Assembly: GCF_006345805.1 (NCBI RefSeq)
Contig: NW_021825323.1
Coordinates: forward strand, 1,054,001-1,118,000
Source of the DNA: Octopus sinensis
Lineage: Eukaryota
Direction: 5' to 3'
DNA length: 64,000 nucleotides
How positions within the stretch are numbered: position 1 is the first letter of the stretch; each line of letters opens with the position of its first letter. This document shows positions 36,673 to 48,665 of the stretch, piece by piece. The notes beneath the pieces were generated by a model, which was not told where the DNA came from, searched no databases, and was given only the letters and a program-made list of their open reading frames with translations. The position numbers were made by a program, and so were the translations under genes.

Positions 36673-37975
36673 TTAAATCATCCCAAGCATACGATCAATG
36701 CAATTAGAAAATTGATCCCGAGTAGATCCTTCTTGAAAACGTGCACAAAAAACAGTATCAAGTAAAGGATATCTGTCAGGCTAAAGAGAGCGAAAAGTAA
36801 AAGCATTATGATCATTTTTAAATCCATTCCAATTTCGCGTAATAGGAAAAAGGAGTATTTTCTCCTCTTATAGAACAATAATCGAATTATTAACACGTTT
36901 TTGCTGAGCTTCAAAAAAAAGCGACCCGATTCCGTATAAATTGACATGTCTCCGTTACCCAAAGGCTTATAGCTTGATTTCGCCTGTTCGAAAAAATAAA
37001 TTTTTCCAGGAGAAGAGAACACCACATTTACACTTGAAGACATTCCACCAAATGATGGCTGAAATGTCGACTGGTTTACTTGAAAAGATGATTTGGGAGC
37101 ATCCAACAACTCATTGAACGTTTTCAAAGATTGAGGAAGTGACTCCCCTCCAAATATACTGGACTCTGATTTGGCAAATGAAGAAAACGATGAAATCATC
37201 CTTGTCCAAAGGAGTCAGATTCTTTAGGCTTAGACGACATCCACGACATGTCCGATTTATTAAAAAAACTAGCTTGAGTAGCATTTCCAGATTTGGTTTC
37301 GCCTGGCTGCAAAAACGAAAAATTTGTAGAAACAGGAACAGATGGAGTACCTGTATTACCCCAGATGGATCCCTGCGTACTCTTTGCAAAAAATTATTTC
37401 CAGACTTTTCAAAAGTAGAGGACTCGTTTTTATTAGCATCCTGACTCGTACACCACCAATTCGAACTCTTTATAGGAGTATTCCCCCAAAATGACCCCTG
37501 AGTATTACTCTCTTTATGGGCCCCCGACAAGGATGTCTCTGATATAAGTGTGTTCCCCAAAATGATCCTGCTTTACTACTCTCTTGACGGAACCCCGACA
37601 AGGATGTCTCTGACATGGGAGTGTTCCCCCAAAAAGATCCTGGTGCACTACTCACTTGATGAACCCTCGATAAAGATGTCTCTGATGTGGGAGTATTCAT
37701 CAAAAATGATCCCGGGATTCTACTCTCTTGACGAGAATCACAGAAAGATGTTTCTGATGTGGGAGTGTTTCCGTGATGCGATGAGTCAAAAATACTTCTT
37801 TCAGAAAATCCAGTTGAGACTACATAAGACTTTCCAAATATAAACGGAATAGCTGATGAAGCAGGAGAATCTTTCATTTTCACCGAAATAGGAATTTGAG
37901 TAGCCAAGGAAGTGAAAGTACTGGTATCCGATGTATTTGTATTGGTAATTGGAATTTCCGTTATGTTCGGAACAG
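36673..37975 (-). CDS. Ran-binding-domain protein (RanBP3/Nup50/RanBP2-like) with tandem GSFWGNTP repeats; frameshifted in this sequence
   Basis: C-terminal VFSSPGKIYFFE...YKPLGNGDMSI...VFCARF resembles a RanBD. FG motifs (IFGG, PSFGG) and Ser/Thr-rich repeats precede it. Frameshifts fall in homopolymer runs, and no native start is seen. Confidence 0.6.
37470..37790. repeat. About 72-bp (24-codon) coding tandem repeat, about 4.5 units
   Basis: Recurring GATGTCTCTGA...GTGTTCCCC.AAAA.GATCC units translate on the minus strand to [G/M]NTPxSETSLS...GSFW. Confidence 0.85.
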
Positions 37976-37984
37976 GTTTCTCAA

Positions 37985-38275
37985 AAAACGGTCGAAGTAT
38001 TGGAGGTAGATATTCGCCAGAACCGGGTGTGACCCGTTTTTCCATAAGCCGGATAAAGTTTTGAGGATGTTCAATTTTTTTCGCATTTGCAAAAGAGGTT
38101 GTCTGCGTGCGGGGAGAAGCAGAGGTGCATGTCGAGGGTTACCCCTAGGACCGTCTGACTCCTGTAGAAGGGTACGGACACATTGTTCGGCTTTAAGTCG
38201 ACTGAAGTCCCTCCCAATCTTTTGTCGGAAGTGAAAAGGGACGTGGCGGACTTCGCCGCGTTTACTACGAGCATA
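37985..38275 (-). mobile_element. I/Ingi/Jockey-type non-LTR RT fragment
   Basis: Reads NAAKSATSLF...VLGVTLDMHLCFSPH...LNILKTLSG. Same family as 25570-25995; similarity ends at TACTTCGACC. Confidence 0.7.
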
Positions 38276-38399
38276 TTATTGAAAAATTACCAAATATGTT
38301 TTGCAAATGGTTTCTAACAGTCAATCATAATAAAAAGAAACACACGAAAATTGTTCTAGCTAAAAGCAGCTATTAAAATTCCTGGTGACTCTGAAGATG

Positions 38400-38580
38400 T
38401 CACCAATAGAAAGATACTATCAATCGTATAATAAATTCTTAAGCATTAGCCGTCAAAGAAAGCTAAGTATAAAAACAAAACTACAAATATATAATACGTT
38501 TGTCGTTACAGTCCTAACTTATAACAAATCGACATGGGGAATCACCAAAGCTGAAATGAATAACAACAACCTACTGGACG
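38400..38580 (+). mobile_element. RTE-clade fragment
   Basis: RKLSIKTKLQIYNTFVVTVLTYNKSTWG is homologous to the RLRLYDAFVRPVLMYNAGTWG segment at 5532-5735. Confidence 0.65.
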
Positions 38581-38619
38581 CTGACAAATAATTCATACCA
38601 AGAGGATTCTTCAAAGATC

Positions 38620-39520
38620 AAAAAACTGTCCTAAATCAAAAAATAATCAATCTCATTCAAGAGAGACGTCACCTCAAAAGGGAAAGCTGCATCGATCAAT
38701 CATGTAAGTCAAGATTCATTGCCAAAAACAAAAAAATCGGATACCTTATTGCTCAGCACAGGGAAAAATGGAATGAGTTCGTTTCCTTTCTCGACTACCG
38801 TAAAAAATCCTCCAACTCCTGAAAAACACTTAAAAGAATTTCCTCGACACAAGCTGAAAATACAATCTCATATGGATCTGGTCTAAACAATAAACACCAA
38901 AAAAAGACATTCCTAGAACAAGCAAACACTCTGATTAACCATTACGGGAAATTTAACTAAATAGACATGAAAAACGATAGCCGCAACCCAAGTCCCTTTT
39001 TAAATAAGAATTTGTCACATCTACAAGCTGATCAAAAATCCCAAATACTCACACGCCAAGGAAGCTGATGGCTCCCGTATATACCATCTGAAGAATTTAG
39101 GTCCATGGGGGCTAAAGGAACTATTAGACATCATGAATTTATCATTAAATTTTGGTATAATACCAATGATATTAAAAAAATCAATCATTGTCCCAATCCT
39201 CAAACAAAAAGAGATCCATACCGACCCTGCATTGTTCAAATCGATCTCTCTCCTCTCGGTAATTTCAAAAATCCTTGAAAGATTTATTTTTAACTTAATC
39301 AAACATAAATTCAATTTATTCAAATCTCAACATGGCTTCCGACCACAACATTCAACAGCTCACCTCACGACTATAAAGGATTACATCGCAGAAGGATTTA
39401 ACAACTACACTTCGCTCCAAAGAACGATCCTGGCATCAATAGAAATCACTAAGGCATTTAATCGAACATCGCGTTATGTCATTAGCACCAAATCAGTGAA
39501 GTTAACGCCAGTCCTGATTT
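38620..39520 (+). mobile_element. Jockey/I-type non-LTR RT N-terminal fragment
   Basis: Reads KKSIIVPILKQ...FKSISLLSVISKILER...QHGFRPQHST...SIEITKAFNR (RT domains 0-3). Confidence 0.75.
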
Positions 39521-39541
39521 AACAACGAAAAATTACCAGTA

Positions 39542-39809
39542 CTCCTCACTTACGGAGAAGTTCCAATTCTTTCCATTCGCGGTTGAGACTTCCGGTTCCT
39601 TGGGCGGTAAGGCAATCAGCTTCGTTCAGGAGATCGGGTCCCGCATGTCTGCTCTCACAGGCGACGCCCGCGAATCAAGATTATTTTTCGAGCGGATATC
39701 CCTTGCGATAGTACGCTCTAATTCTTTTTCGATCGCGTTGGCTTCCCGTCCATGAAGCTTTCAACACTTGACCGAATTCTTTTTTGTAATAAACTAATCA
39801 CATTTGAAA
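39542..39809 (+). mobile_element. Short CRE-clade retrocopy with poly(A) and 14-bp TSD
   Basis: Reads FFPFAVETSGSLGGKA...RLFFERISLAIVRSNS. AAAAATTACCAGTA occurs at 39528-39541 and 39810-39823. Confidence 0.8.
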
Positions 39810-39849
39810 AAAAATTACCAGTAATTAGCTTATGATTATCCATCAGTAC

Positions 39850-40050
39850 AAATTAATAATTGGAAAAAAGTGTTGTCCAAGAAATATAATGAAGTTAAAA
39901 GTATTCTGTCATAAGGAATGGGATAAAATTTCCACAAACGAATGCTTTAAATTAATAGAAACGTACAAAAAAAATTAGAGGCAGTAATCGTTGCAAAAGG
40001 TCATGCAATAAAATATTAATGACATACCGTATTAACACTTTTTGCCATTA
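39850..40050 (+). mobile_element. Tc1-like transposase C-terminal remnant
   Basis: LIETYKKKLEAVIVAKGHAIKY* matches the typical Tc1 ending (RLEAVIxAKG..TKY*). Confidence 0.6.
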
Positions 40051-41189
40051 AATAACACTAATAAATTAAAAATGATCATTTCTTAGCCACTTATTAACAT
40101 TTTAGAGATTTAAAATCATTTTCCATATCTTTGTAAATCAGTCCTGTATGAGATGTCTTATTCTATAGTCAGCTTCGTCGAATCTGTGATATAACTTATT
40201 GGTTTTCTACAATTAATTTATCTTGATTTGAGAATTGAATGTCTGTCGTGTTACTCCGAAGTAAGCTTATCAGTGTCTATCCCAACTATTTTTGGATATA
40301 AGCCGCGTCTATGTCCATTGGATAATATATCTAATCCTTCATTTAGGAAGATTCTACATACCATTATAACATTCGACGTTCTGAGCCGAAAGGATCAAAG
40401 TAAGTGATTTACCTTAGTTGACGTTACCAATTAAGAACAAAAAATTTACAGAAAGTTTACTCAGACATAATACACTAAGATCCCGATTTAGGTCAGACCC
40501 CGGGAAATTTTACAAACGTCGACATTCTTTAAAATCACGTTGGATTTTGTTGTTTATTCAACGCAGATACCCAGGAACTATAATAATTTAAATGACGGAC
40601 TTTAGAACAGTTTGGCTAAGATGGGGAATTAATCATTTATTTAGAAACCACAGAAAATAGCTATTCTACATACGTAAATGACGTTATTTTAATTAAACAC
40701 TGAATATTTTTACGATTTGTGATTTTTTAATGACATTTCATGTTAGAAGCTATCATAAAACTCTTAGTCCGTATATTTACACTTTCCAACATTTATAATG
40801 GTCTAACTTTTGAGGGATGAATAACCTTCAGCATCTTCTATGCTTTGCTAAAGAATTCGGGTCACAAATCTCTCTGTCCCTATAAAATGCTGTTTCGCGT
40901 TTTATTCAAAGTTTTTTTTGTAAAAAATGCATGCTTTTGTGAAAGAACCATTTTTAAAAACTTTTTTAAATTAAAAACTGTTCACTGATGAAGCTAATAC
41001 TAGAATATTCAACTCAAATATACTCATCGATGTTTTTTGAATGATCAGGTACCATCCCTAATTTATTTCATTGACAATAAATAAATTTTTCTAATTTTGA
41101 CATAAAACAAAATTTTATAATATCCCATAATCAGAAAGAAATTGTTAGCTACAAAAGAATAGTATTCAATGAATTTTTAATGAGCAAAT

Positions 41190-41600
41190 GAATTTATTAT
41201 TATTTATTCAAAAGGAAAAGCCGAAAAGAAAGAGAAAAATGAATGAGACAAAGTTTCCCTGCGCTTCTTCCCTCTTTTTTGTTTAATCACAGGTTCTAGA
41301 GGCAATTGCTCTCTCAAGGACACTTCAAATCTTTTCGATCACATCTTCCATTTCCTGAGGGATGAGTTGTTTCAGCTGGAGCCCATCTGCCAATTTGATG
41401 GCATATCGTCTCGTCTTTTTGAGCTTAGCGATAATGCCATTTCTCTCACTAGTAGGGTACCATCCCTCGAACCCGTAGGTAAGCACTGGGTCGACGCACG
41501 TTTTATACACAAATAAAAACGTTTCCGGACTAAGGTGGAAGTGAATTATGAATTTGATATTTTATGACTGTGTCAGAGAAAAACCCACCCCTGGCATTCG
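41190..41600 (-). mobile_element. Non-LTR RT 3' fragment (same family as 62975-63800)
   Basis: Reads YKTCVDPVLTYGFEGWY...KTRRYAIK, versus YKTCVQPVLTYGYEGWY...KTRRFAMK in the other copy. Confidence 0.7.
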
Positions 41601-41930
41601 AGATCTGGAATATTAAGTTGTATTTTAAGCATTATTTAGCAGATTAACTCCAAGATGACATTGAATAGACTGATCACAATTAACAGAGCTTGGTTCAGTC
41701 TTTTTGGTTCGTACAGATCTTTTGTCATATTATATTGGTTTAAGTAAGTTCTACAGTCATCTGGCACCAATTTACTAAATAATTAAAATTAATTTATTCA
41801 AGTTTAATGCAACTTGGGTCATTTGTCTCCTAAAAAAGTTAAATTTGTTGACTTAAATAGCAATATCAAACAAATGACAAATTGGGAAATTAATTTTTTT
41901 AAATAAAATGAATGACAACGTCATAAAGAA

Positions 41931-42746
41931 ATGCCAAATCGCATAAAAAAGCTCATTCGAAACGTAAAGAAAAAAAGTAAATTTACAAAAAATAACACTC
42001 ATAGATGAATTAAAACACAAAACTGATTACCAACCAGTAATAGCGACCACTCCAATGCAGTTAAGCATTATCGAACTCCAAAAACAAGCCCGTAAACAGA
42101 TGACCGTACAAGAGAAACTCCTGCAAGTAGTAGACAGTTTTGACGTTCTGTCCCAATCAGAGGCCAACTACTTAGTCCTAGACCAGAAATTACTTGACAG
42201 AGCTAAAATAATTGAAAATGCACCAACATATGCCCCTTCAGAACACAGCCTTAGTCTTGAATCTATCAAAACCCCAATTCAAAGAAAGCCTTACAAACCT
42301 TATGTTAAACCACATTCAACAAGCGCGTTTGTACTTTCCTCAATTATATTTGGTATAATTTGTATGTTTATATTTTAGCTGTAATCGCACTTTTGGTCCA
42401 TCATAACGCATTCAGACCACAAATGAACGATATTAAGCCTATTGAACAGATTTGTGAAAAAATGTCTCTGCATATATTGATTACAAATAACCAAGTGAAT
42501 GTCACATATATGAAAGCTCTAAATGCTGGATGGTTGGAATATGAAAATTCAGATGTCAATGAACTTAGCTATTTTATTGGTTCAAATATAAAAAATGTTG
42601 GAATATTCGGACCTGGATATTATCTTGTGAATAGAAATGATAAAGAGGGAACAAAATACATAATGCATCGATTTATTGGAAAATATGAATACCCAATGGG
42701 ATTTGTGGAAATAGTTTGCAACAAATATTTGTTGCCTTTTATGTAA
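41931..42746 (+). CDS. Orphan single-pass (type II) membrane protein
   Basis: Removing two micro-introns (28 and 26 nt) joins the ORFs into one frame: cytoplasmic N-terminus, hydrophobic FVLSSIIFAVIALLV, then about 115 aa with two Cys. No family recognised. Confidence 0.6.
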
Positions 42747-43412
42747 ATTACTTTTTGATGTAAAAAGAAAAAATTATCTTTTATAAATATGAATAAGCTG
42801 TTTTTAATCAAAATATTCTTTTTTGACTTTAAAATTCTATTTGTTGTAAAAATTAGTTTTGTTCCAATTATAATATTAAATTAAAACATTAATTATCAAT
42901 TAAAATAAAATAAATAGCCAGTTACTATCGTAATTGCCATCGGCTTTCCCAAAATGTCTATTTTTACACAAAAATAATCAAGGCATCAACGGTTATATTC
43001 TACTAGGCGAATCGTAGTGATTAGGCAGACTGACGAACTGAATTCTCACATCATGACTTTGAATTAACATCTCCCATCTGTCTACAAAAAGTTTTCAAGT
43101 TGTAATTAGATCGACTATATTTTACGTGAACTTACAATGCAACATAAAATCCGACATTTTTAACTATTTCAAAAAATAAGTAAATATTATTTATTATTTT
43201 GTTTATTTTTTGGTATAATTTATGTAAAAATATAGATTCAGAAAGATGATAGTTCTTGTTGGCTTAACGTTCCTGCTCTAATTTTGTCATTGAATAAATT
43301 TAATTATCTGTATGTATTAACGATTTAATAAACATAATGAATAATATTGTCTAGAACATTAATATGATATTCCCTATAGATATATACCTAATTTATATAT
43401 ATTAAAGGTCTG

Positions 43413-45441
43413 ATGGACTTCCACCATTCCAAAACTCTTAAAAAGATCACGGAGGACAGTACTAACGAACACTGTAACTCCACAGAGATGGAAGAAATAA
43501 ACGAAAAAACCACAAAAATGTCAATTTCAAGCAAAAAAAGTAACGAAAATTCCAAAAATCCCACAAATATGAAAAATTCCACTCCATTCTATTTAAAAAG
43601 GAATGTCGACATTTCATCAATTCCTTCAGACTTTGGAACTCTCCAACAAAACCCAGATTCCCCCTCAGCACATTGTCCTCAATTGGTTGAAGAAACCAGC
43701 AAAACAAAACCAAAAGACTCATCTTTGGTGAGATCTGACACCCTTCAAATGTCCCGTACTGAAAATAAAGGAAAACAGAAGAAGGGACACCGTAAAGTAG
43801 CCAGGGATGGGACAATTCTGTACAAAAAGGTGTTTTTTGACGATTTGATGACTTATAGACACCCACATCACATTTAATTCAGTCTATTCAGCTTGGGATT
43901 GCCTCTTTGATTGGAAGGTCAGTCAAAGATGAGGACCATGACCTTCTAATGAAGGATTTTACTTTGGTCAAGTCTATAATGTTTCCGCGGGTGGGTTCCT
44001 CCGTGACCCCTTCGCATTCATTCGCGGATTTCCGTTTCCGAGCCTACGCTCCGATGGCTTTTCGATTCTTCCGAGTAGTTTTTTATATTTCGACGCATTC
44101 GTTTTTGGTATTGAGTTGGGTGGTGACTGATAGTCCTCAATTTGTGGGGGGACTTTGAAGGAGTTGTCCAATCCGGGGGCCTCGGGGAGTATTTTTTACA
44201 AGACTCCTGACGATTCGTTCATTATAAAGACAGTCCAACACAGGGAAGCGGATTTTCTGAGAAGACTATTACCAGGGTACTACATGGTTAGCATTGAGGT
44301 CATTACTTGTTGTAGAATGTGAGTCAAAACAACAACACAATGCTGCCAAAGTTTTACGGGTTATATTCGTACGAGGTGACTCATTTGTATTAATTGGTAG
44401 AGTTTGGGGAGGAGTATTCGACTCATAATAATGAACAATGCTCTCCCCTCCAACATTCCGATACAGGAGAAATATGATTTGAAGGGGAGTACGTATAAGA
44501 GAATGGCTTCGAAAAAAGAATTGAGAAAGGATAGTCCCACGATAAAAGACCTCGATTTTATCAATGCACACAAAAATGGTTTTTTCATGACACCTCAACA
44601 TCATGATAATTTTTTTAATACACTGAGTCGTGATACAGCGGTATTTACTGTGCTGATCACTCCTAGGTTCTCCAAAGCTTTAATATAATGGATTACAGTC
44701 TTCTCCTGGGAGTGCATTATGTGGGAACTGTGTTTGACGGTGTTGACAGTCAGCCCGTCATTGCTCCAGAAATCCCTAACGGTATATTCGTAGTATTTAA
44801 TCCAAACAGTTAAGTCTGGGTTTGAAATGGCACGATCTGGGTTTTCAAGTCTGCATCTTACTCATATTTCCGGGTTTCGAGGGTTTTATTAACAAACAGA
44901 GTGCTGCAGGGGATACCTGCCAGAACTGCAGATGGACGTAGTGTGGTGCTCTATGCAGCAATTATTGACATTCTTCAACGGTACAGGATTGCTAAGAAAA
45001 TGGAACACGCCTTTAAGTCAATATTGACTGACGGGGTTGTCACTTTTAATGTTTAATGCAAAGGACATGATTTCTGTCCATTCCCCAAAGTTTTACCGAA
45101 AAAGATTTCTTAATTTTATGAGAAAATATTTTTTATCGGCAGGAGGTGATTTCACATTAAAATATTGTTAGATTCGACTACGAACAATTCTGGGAAATGT
45201 GTGTCAGTGGTGTCAAGCCCTGTATTGCCCCTGTCTCATAGTATGACTGGTAGATGACTTATATATTAGGGCTAACGGCAATGCAAAAAGTGTCTTCCGA
45301 CTACCAAACATACAACTCAATGACTAATAACACGTTGACGGACACGAGGTTCACGTCAGAAGAGAGTGACAATTCGACATACGAAGATAATGATAACAAC
45401 GTTACAGGTTGTTGGAGTTTGTGATGAATTTAGAATTGTGA
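43413..45441 (+). CDS. PIP5K1: Type I phosphatidylinositol-4-phosphate 5-kinase
   Basis: Motifs [81 protein letters not shown] and IIDILQ. Introns are 25-29 nt. Confidence 0.94.
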
Positions 45442-45654
45442 TTTGTCTTGGAGTTATTTTATTAAACGAGTTTTGTGAAATTAATTAAATGTTGTGATCA
45501 AAATAATTACTATTTTTAGATTTCTAAAAAATAATTTTGTTATAAAATTTAAGAGGTATTTGATAGGATAATTTATTACTTCAAAGGTCAGCAAAACCAC
45601 TAAAGTCATTTTTTTTCAAAAATACAAATTATTAAGACCAAATAAAGTTTTAAT

Positions 45655-45935
45655 TAATTAGTATGACCCGAGGATAGCGTGTGAATTCCGCGGACAATTG
45701 CACACGAAATCCTCTGGAAGAGCCACGACGTCTCCCGCGGATCACCTGTTTTTTTGAGATTAGACCACCCAATCTTCGAATGAACGAAAAACTCTCTGTT
45801 CCAAAGACTCCGGAAGTCTCCACAGCGATCGGCTGGAAAAGATATCTGTCTGCCAGGAAAGAGTATTTCTTTTTCTTCAACTCTTCAGAACGTTTTGCAG
45901 CAGAGCCAGGAAAGGATGCTAAAGTCATTAGCATT
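45655..45935 (-). mobile_element. CRE-clade RLE 3' fragment (distinct subfamily)
   Basis: Reads KKKKYSFLADRYLFQPIAVETSGVFG. Confidence 0.75.
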
Positions 45936-46264
45936 AAATTGGTGATTAACAGTAATTTATTATGACGATTCATTCTCATTTTTGTTTGACCATTATTCGA
46001 TTAAAAGTCTAAATTAAATGAAATTATCACTGGAAATTACTTGATAAATAAATAGTCCTTAGTATAAGAGTTTGCGAATATTAGTCATACGAGGACTGAG
46101 TAACCCCAAATAGTGTGACATGTGATGGAGACACAAAATTAAATATATCGAATAGTTAAACGGCTGGAAACCTGTCGAAATCTGACACATAGCGTGTTTC
46201 CCATATTAAATTTCTGAAATGGAGAAGGCATAAATTTAGTGGATTATATTTTTGCGTAAATATG

Positions 46265-48562
46265 TCTAGATTGTTAAGGACAATAAGAAGAAGAACTGAT
46301 AGCGATCCTGTTTCCTTTCACTATTGCTTGGGACACGTTCTGGAGGAGCCATCTCGTCTCCAGAGGATTGTGTGTTCTCAAGGTCTTGAGACGTCCAATA
46401 CACTTGAGGAAGCACAACGACTCCTTCCCAATCGATCCCAGGGTTTCGACAGCAACCGGCCGGAAAACGTAACGATCGGTGAGCCCATCATATTTCTTCT
46501 TCTTGATGTCCTCTGCTTTATCCGCAGCTGTGCCAGCATTGCAGGCACTTTCCAACATGTTTGTCTTGGACAAGGAGTCGGAACATGTTGAATCCCATAC
46601 GAGAGGCTTCCCCTCCAAAAACGGAAAGATAGTCATCCCGTCTGGGCGTTTTCCATCTCCTCGGTCCAATCCAGGTGGTTCCAGCACTGATGGGAATCCG
46701 ATTGAATCGAGAGGTCTTCTTATAACGTCGTTGAGAGCTGAATGCCTCGGGAATCTACCAGCGCTTTTTCGACAGGAAAGAGGGTAGAGTCCAAATTGAT
46801 CAATCGATGCACCACAGCGGCATTTGTGTGGTTCACAAACTTTGAGATCGATACGTAGACAGATACCAACTCGCAGTGTGTCAGAATCCAAGAGAGTCCC
46901 CAAGCTTCCGATCGGGAAGGCTTCCAACCATTCTCCACTCCCCGTGGACCTCCCGGCAAGCAAGCATGCTCTACGGTGTTGATTCGATGTCTTTAGGAGA
47001 CTCTCGAACCGACCTTCGCACAAAATCTTGTCATAACTCTTCTGCAAGGAGAAGTCCACGGCAGCTTCGATTTGTTTGCGCTCCAACTGTCAACGTAGGC
47101 AGTCATCTTAGGTAATGAAGATTCGGAGAGGAGATGGAGAATCTTCCGAACCAGAGTTTGACTGCTGTACAGTGAAGACAGGAATGCGGGGCAGGACACA
47201 TCGATAGGATTTCGGATGCCAAGACCTTCAAAGGAGACTAAAAGGGAAGCTTGTTTCCACTCTTGATCGTCGAATTTGATGTTTATGATGCGTTCAGTTG
47301 TTTTCCGGAAAAGGACATTAATAGAATGAAGTTGATCATTTTTTAAGAAGCAGGGTGACCCTCGTAGCACATGATTTAATTTTTGGATGCCAAGGGCATT
47401 TTTGAGCAGGAAGAAGGCTGTATGTGGGTCCAACAAATGACCTCCGAGGGTGCAGTCATCAAGATACCAAACATTCAGCGGGGTTGAGCAGCTCTTAACA
47501 ATGTGATTAATTCAAGGCAAAAGAACAGGACCCAATGGGTCTCCTTGTTGAACCCCCGAGGACGAGGAAATATGGTAAGGGCCATGGACGAGGGTGGATG
47601 GTTTCGCGTATGAGCTGAGTACATAGTTGTATATTTCGGGACAAAATTCAAGACAGTTCTCCAATATAGAGTCGCGGCGAATGGTGTTAAATGCATTACG
47701 GATGTCCAATTTAACAATAATATGGGGGTATTGTTGTTTATGTGGTTGAATGCACGGATTCCGTGTATTGCAGCTTCACAACCTCCTGGGGTACCAACTC
47801 CAAGTTGAATAGGGCGCATTAGCGGGGTTAATGTTGGGATATCACTGGAGAGCACTCTTCAGGAATGGACTATCACTGGAGAGCACTCTCAAAGCCGAGC
47901 GTATTCCCCCTTCCAATAATTTAGAATGAATAGTCCTCCGTAAGTGTATCTCTTCAGAAAGTGTATCCTTTGGTATCTTTCGATGACTCTTCACAGTAGC
48001 CGGTTGTAATGGGGGATCAATCACCCTAAGTCCGGAATCGAACAGGCGTATGTTTTCTTTGACCGACGATGACAAAGATCGACCACGAATTGTAGAACCA
48101 GAAGGTAAACCCAAAACACAAGGGGCAAAACAAAGCAGGCGGGTCCAGTAACTGATGTCGTTCGATGATAACGCGCTTTCAATGCTGGCTGAAAGGCAGT
48201 CGGCAACGGTTAAACGAGCTCCTCTGGGGATCCTTATGGGGATGTGTCTTGAGGATCACCATTTAGAAATCGTGTCAAGTATGCGTTCGTGATCCAACGG
48301 CACAGTGCAAGCAGTTTGATTGAAGGGAGAAGTGGCAGCTGGAAGGCATAGATGACAGTGCCAATGGGAAATGTTAGTAAGGGCCTTCTTAGAAACTCCT
48401 ACGCATGACATGTGAAAGAGCCTTGAGCTAGCTGAACAAGTGATCGTTCTCTTTCTCGTGTTAATTATGTTGCATTTTTCGCACGGATTTCGAAATCTTT
48501 TTGCGTAAATTATATTTCGAAATACAGTAAAGTCCATCATAGCTGACAAAAATGGGACTTCT
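46265..48562 (-). mobile_element. Long CRE-clade retrotransposon: N-terminal PHD finger, RT, Zn knuckle, RLE; frameshifted and internally deleted
   Basis: PHD-like CxxC...CxxS...HxxC...WHCHLC. RT motifs QLGVGTPGGCEAAIH, DIRNAFN, GVQQGDPLGP and YLDD. The 3' part is nearly identical to 12790-13763. Possible short TSD AAATATG. Confidence 0.9.
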
Positions 48563-48665
48563 AAAATATGGCGGTTATTAAAAAATGCTGGATAACAGAA
48601 TTCATAAAAAAAGTTTTACTTATTTCGTTTAAACTAATAAATTAACGTCAAAATTTTCGGATTGA

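Noticed and set aside
37460-37800. CRISPR-like repeat array
   Set aside because: The units are contiguous, codon-multiple and lack unique spacers; this is a coding tandem repeat in a eukaryote.
47823-47890. 31-bp tandem duplication inside the long CRE copy
   Set aside because: Ordinary post-insertion decay with no sign of function.
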